Source: Macrostomum lignano (lineage: Eukaryota). From it: a DNA stretch of 64,000 nucleotides. Positions 62,900-64,000 of this stretch are shown here, piece after piece. The notes beneath the pieces are model-generated. The model was not told the origin of the DNA, searched no databases, and saw only the letters and a list, made by a program, of their open reading frames with translations. Position numbers and translations under genes: made by a program. The stretch's first letter is position 1, and each line of letters starts with the position of its first letter. The DNA lies in assembly GCA_002269645.1 (NCBI GenBank), contig NIVC01002917.1, positions 66,213-130,212 on the forward strand, given 5' to 3'.

Positions 62900-64000
62900 C
62901 TAAGCGTGCTGAACATTCTTGGCGGCTCAGACGGCGAAGATTCATCAGCGCCGGCAGCAGCAGCCGATAACGCAGCCAACTCTGCCAGCGGTTCAGCCGA
63001 TCCGTTTGCCCAGGTGCACCAGCCGTCGGTGCCAGCCCAGGTGTGGTATCATCCCGGCAAAGCGCCAAAATGGATGCGGCCCCGTTGCGGCGCCCGTTTC
63101 GGCTTTGGCGGCCGCCTGGTCAGCTTCGGCTGCGATGCCGCCAGCGACGCATCCGGGCAGCAGCAGCAGAATCGGCAGGCCAAGATCAGCCAGGTGGTCA
63201 CGGAGCCGGAGCTGGTGCGCCGAGCTGGCGACCTGGAGCGCGCCGCCTGTCCGCGGCGCGGCCGATCTTGGCGGACATTGTCGGGCCCGAGCCGAGGCCG
63301 CTAAAGACGAAGCTGAGCAGCGCCTGTGGCAGTTCCTGGAGACTAATTTCAGCTCCGATCCGCGCACTCAGTTCCTTAAATTTCTCGGCTTTGAAGCCGA
63401 CGAAGAGGGCGAAGCCGTCTCGGAGAAGGGCGAAGATAAATCAGAAGCCGAGGGCGGCGAAGCCGAAACTGACGAGTTCAGCGCCATCGCCGAGGAGGCT
63501 AAGCCGCTCGGCCTGGCCTCGGCCACGGAGGACGGCGCCGAGGACGCGGATCTGACCAAGGCGCTGATCGCCGGCCGCATTGAGATAGCCGTAAACCTCT
63601 GCCTGGACAAAGGCCGCCTGGCCGAGGCCGCCATCCTGGCCGTGGCCGGCGGAGCCGAACTGTACGAGAGAACGCCAAGCCCGCCTATTCCGCCTGTTGA
63701 ACACTGAACTGGCCGGCTGATTCGTGCCGTAGTTACCCACGCCTGTCCCTACGTTGTGCAGCACAGCGCAACGAGGACTGGCGCACAGCCTGGCCTTCGC
63801 GCTGACCTACGCCAGCGCGGAGGAATTCGGCCGAACTAGCCGAACAGGTTCGGACCGCCGATTGAAACGACGGCAGGCGTCAGGAAGCCGCTCTGTGCTA
63901 CATCTGCGCCGGCTATGCCGTGCCCGCCTAGCCGCCTGCCTGATGCGGCTGGCGGCGAGCCGCGGCCGCTGCTACTGCAGGATGTCGTAGAGAAAGCCGA
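62900..64000 (+). CDS. SEC31: Sec31, exon 4 (end of WD40 and ACE1 region), multiple frameshifts, truncated by the window edge
   Basis: ccacag|CTA; APKWMRPRCGARFGFGGRLVSF, KISQVVTEPELV, LWQFL, ALTYA, LCYICAG and LQDVVEK are spread over different frames after about 63240. Confidence 0.88.

Noticed and set aside
42022-63990. Antisense and alternate-frame ORFs over CEP128, BCAT and Sec31 exons, and over H2A.X at 37963-38248
   Set aside because: Shadow ORFs of GC-rich coding exons.

Overview
Eukaryotic (animal) genomic DNA: GC-rich spliced exons, AT-rich spacers and introns filled with minisatellites (about 17 kb, roughly a quarter of the window, by my tally of array spans). The style suggests the flatworm Macrostomum, but that is an inference. 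Genes, with GT/AG boundaries and exon phases checked by hand: (1) minus strand, a multi-PDZ scaffold of the MPDZ/Patj family, five confident exons at 1880-14362 plus two candidate 5' exons at 23427-23920 and 29361-29482, running off the left edge; (2) minus strand, a solitary intronless H2A.X (C-terminal SQEF) with a canonical histone 3' stem-loop; (3) minus strand, a 7-exon CEP128 orthologue of about 975 aa; (4) minus strand, a 2-exon branched-chain aminotransferase with two 1-bp frameshifts; (5) plus strand, the first four exons of Sec31, increasingly frameshifted toward the right edge. Mobile DNA: seven copies of a tRNA-derived CORE-SINE, a 1.3-kb dead mariner, a Mutator-like element with a 9-bp TSD, hAT and Harbinger-like MITEs, Helitron-like ends and a Penelope RT relic. 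I found no convincing novel multi-gene system. The most unusual signals are: two orphan histone-type stem-loops downstream of the unused side of the H2A.X promoter; tandem amplification of a SINE A-box into an array of about 45 copies; a SINE inserted between a polypyrimidine tract and its AG acceptor; and a Mutator element carrying what looks like a captured terminal exon with 3' UTR. No database searches were possible, so family assignments rest on recalled motifs.
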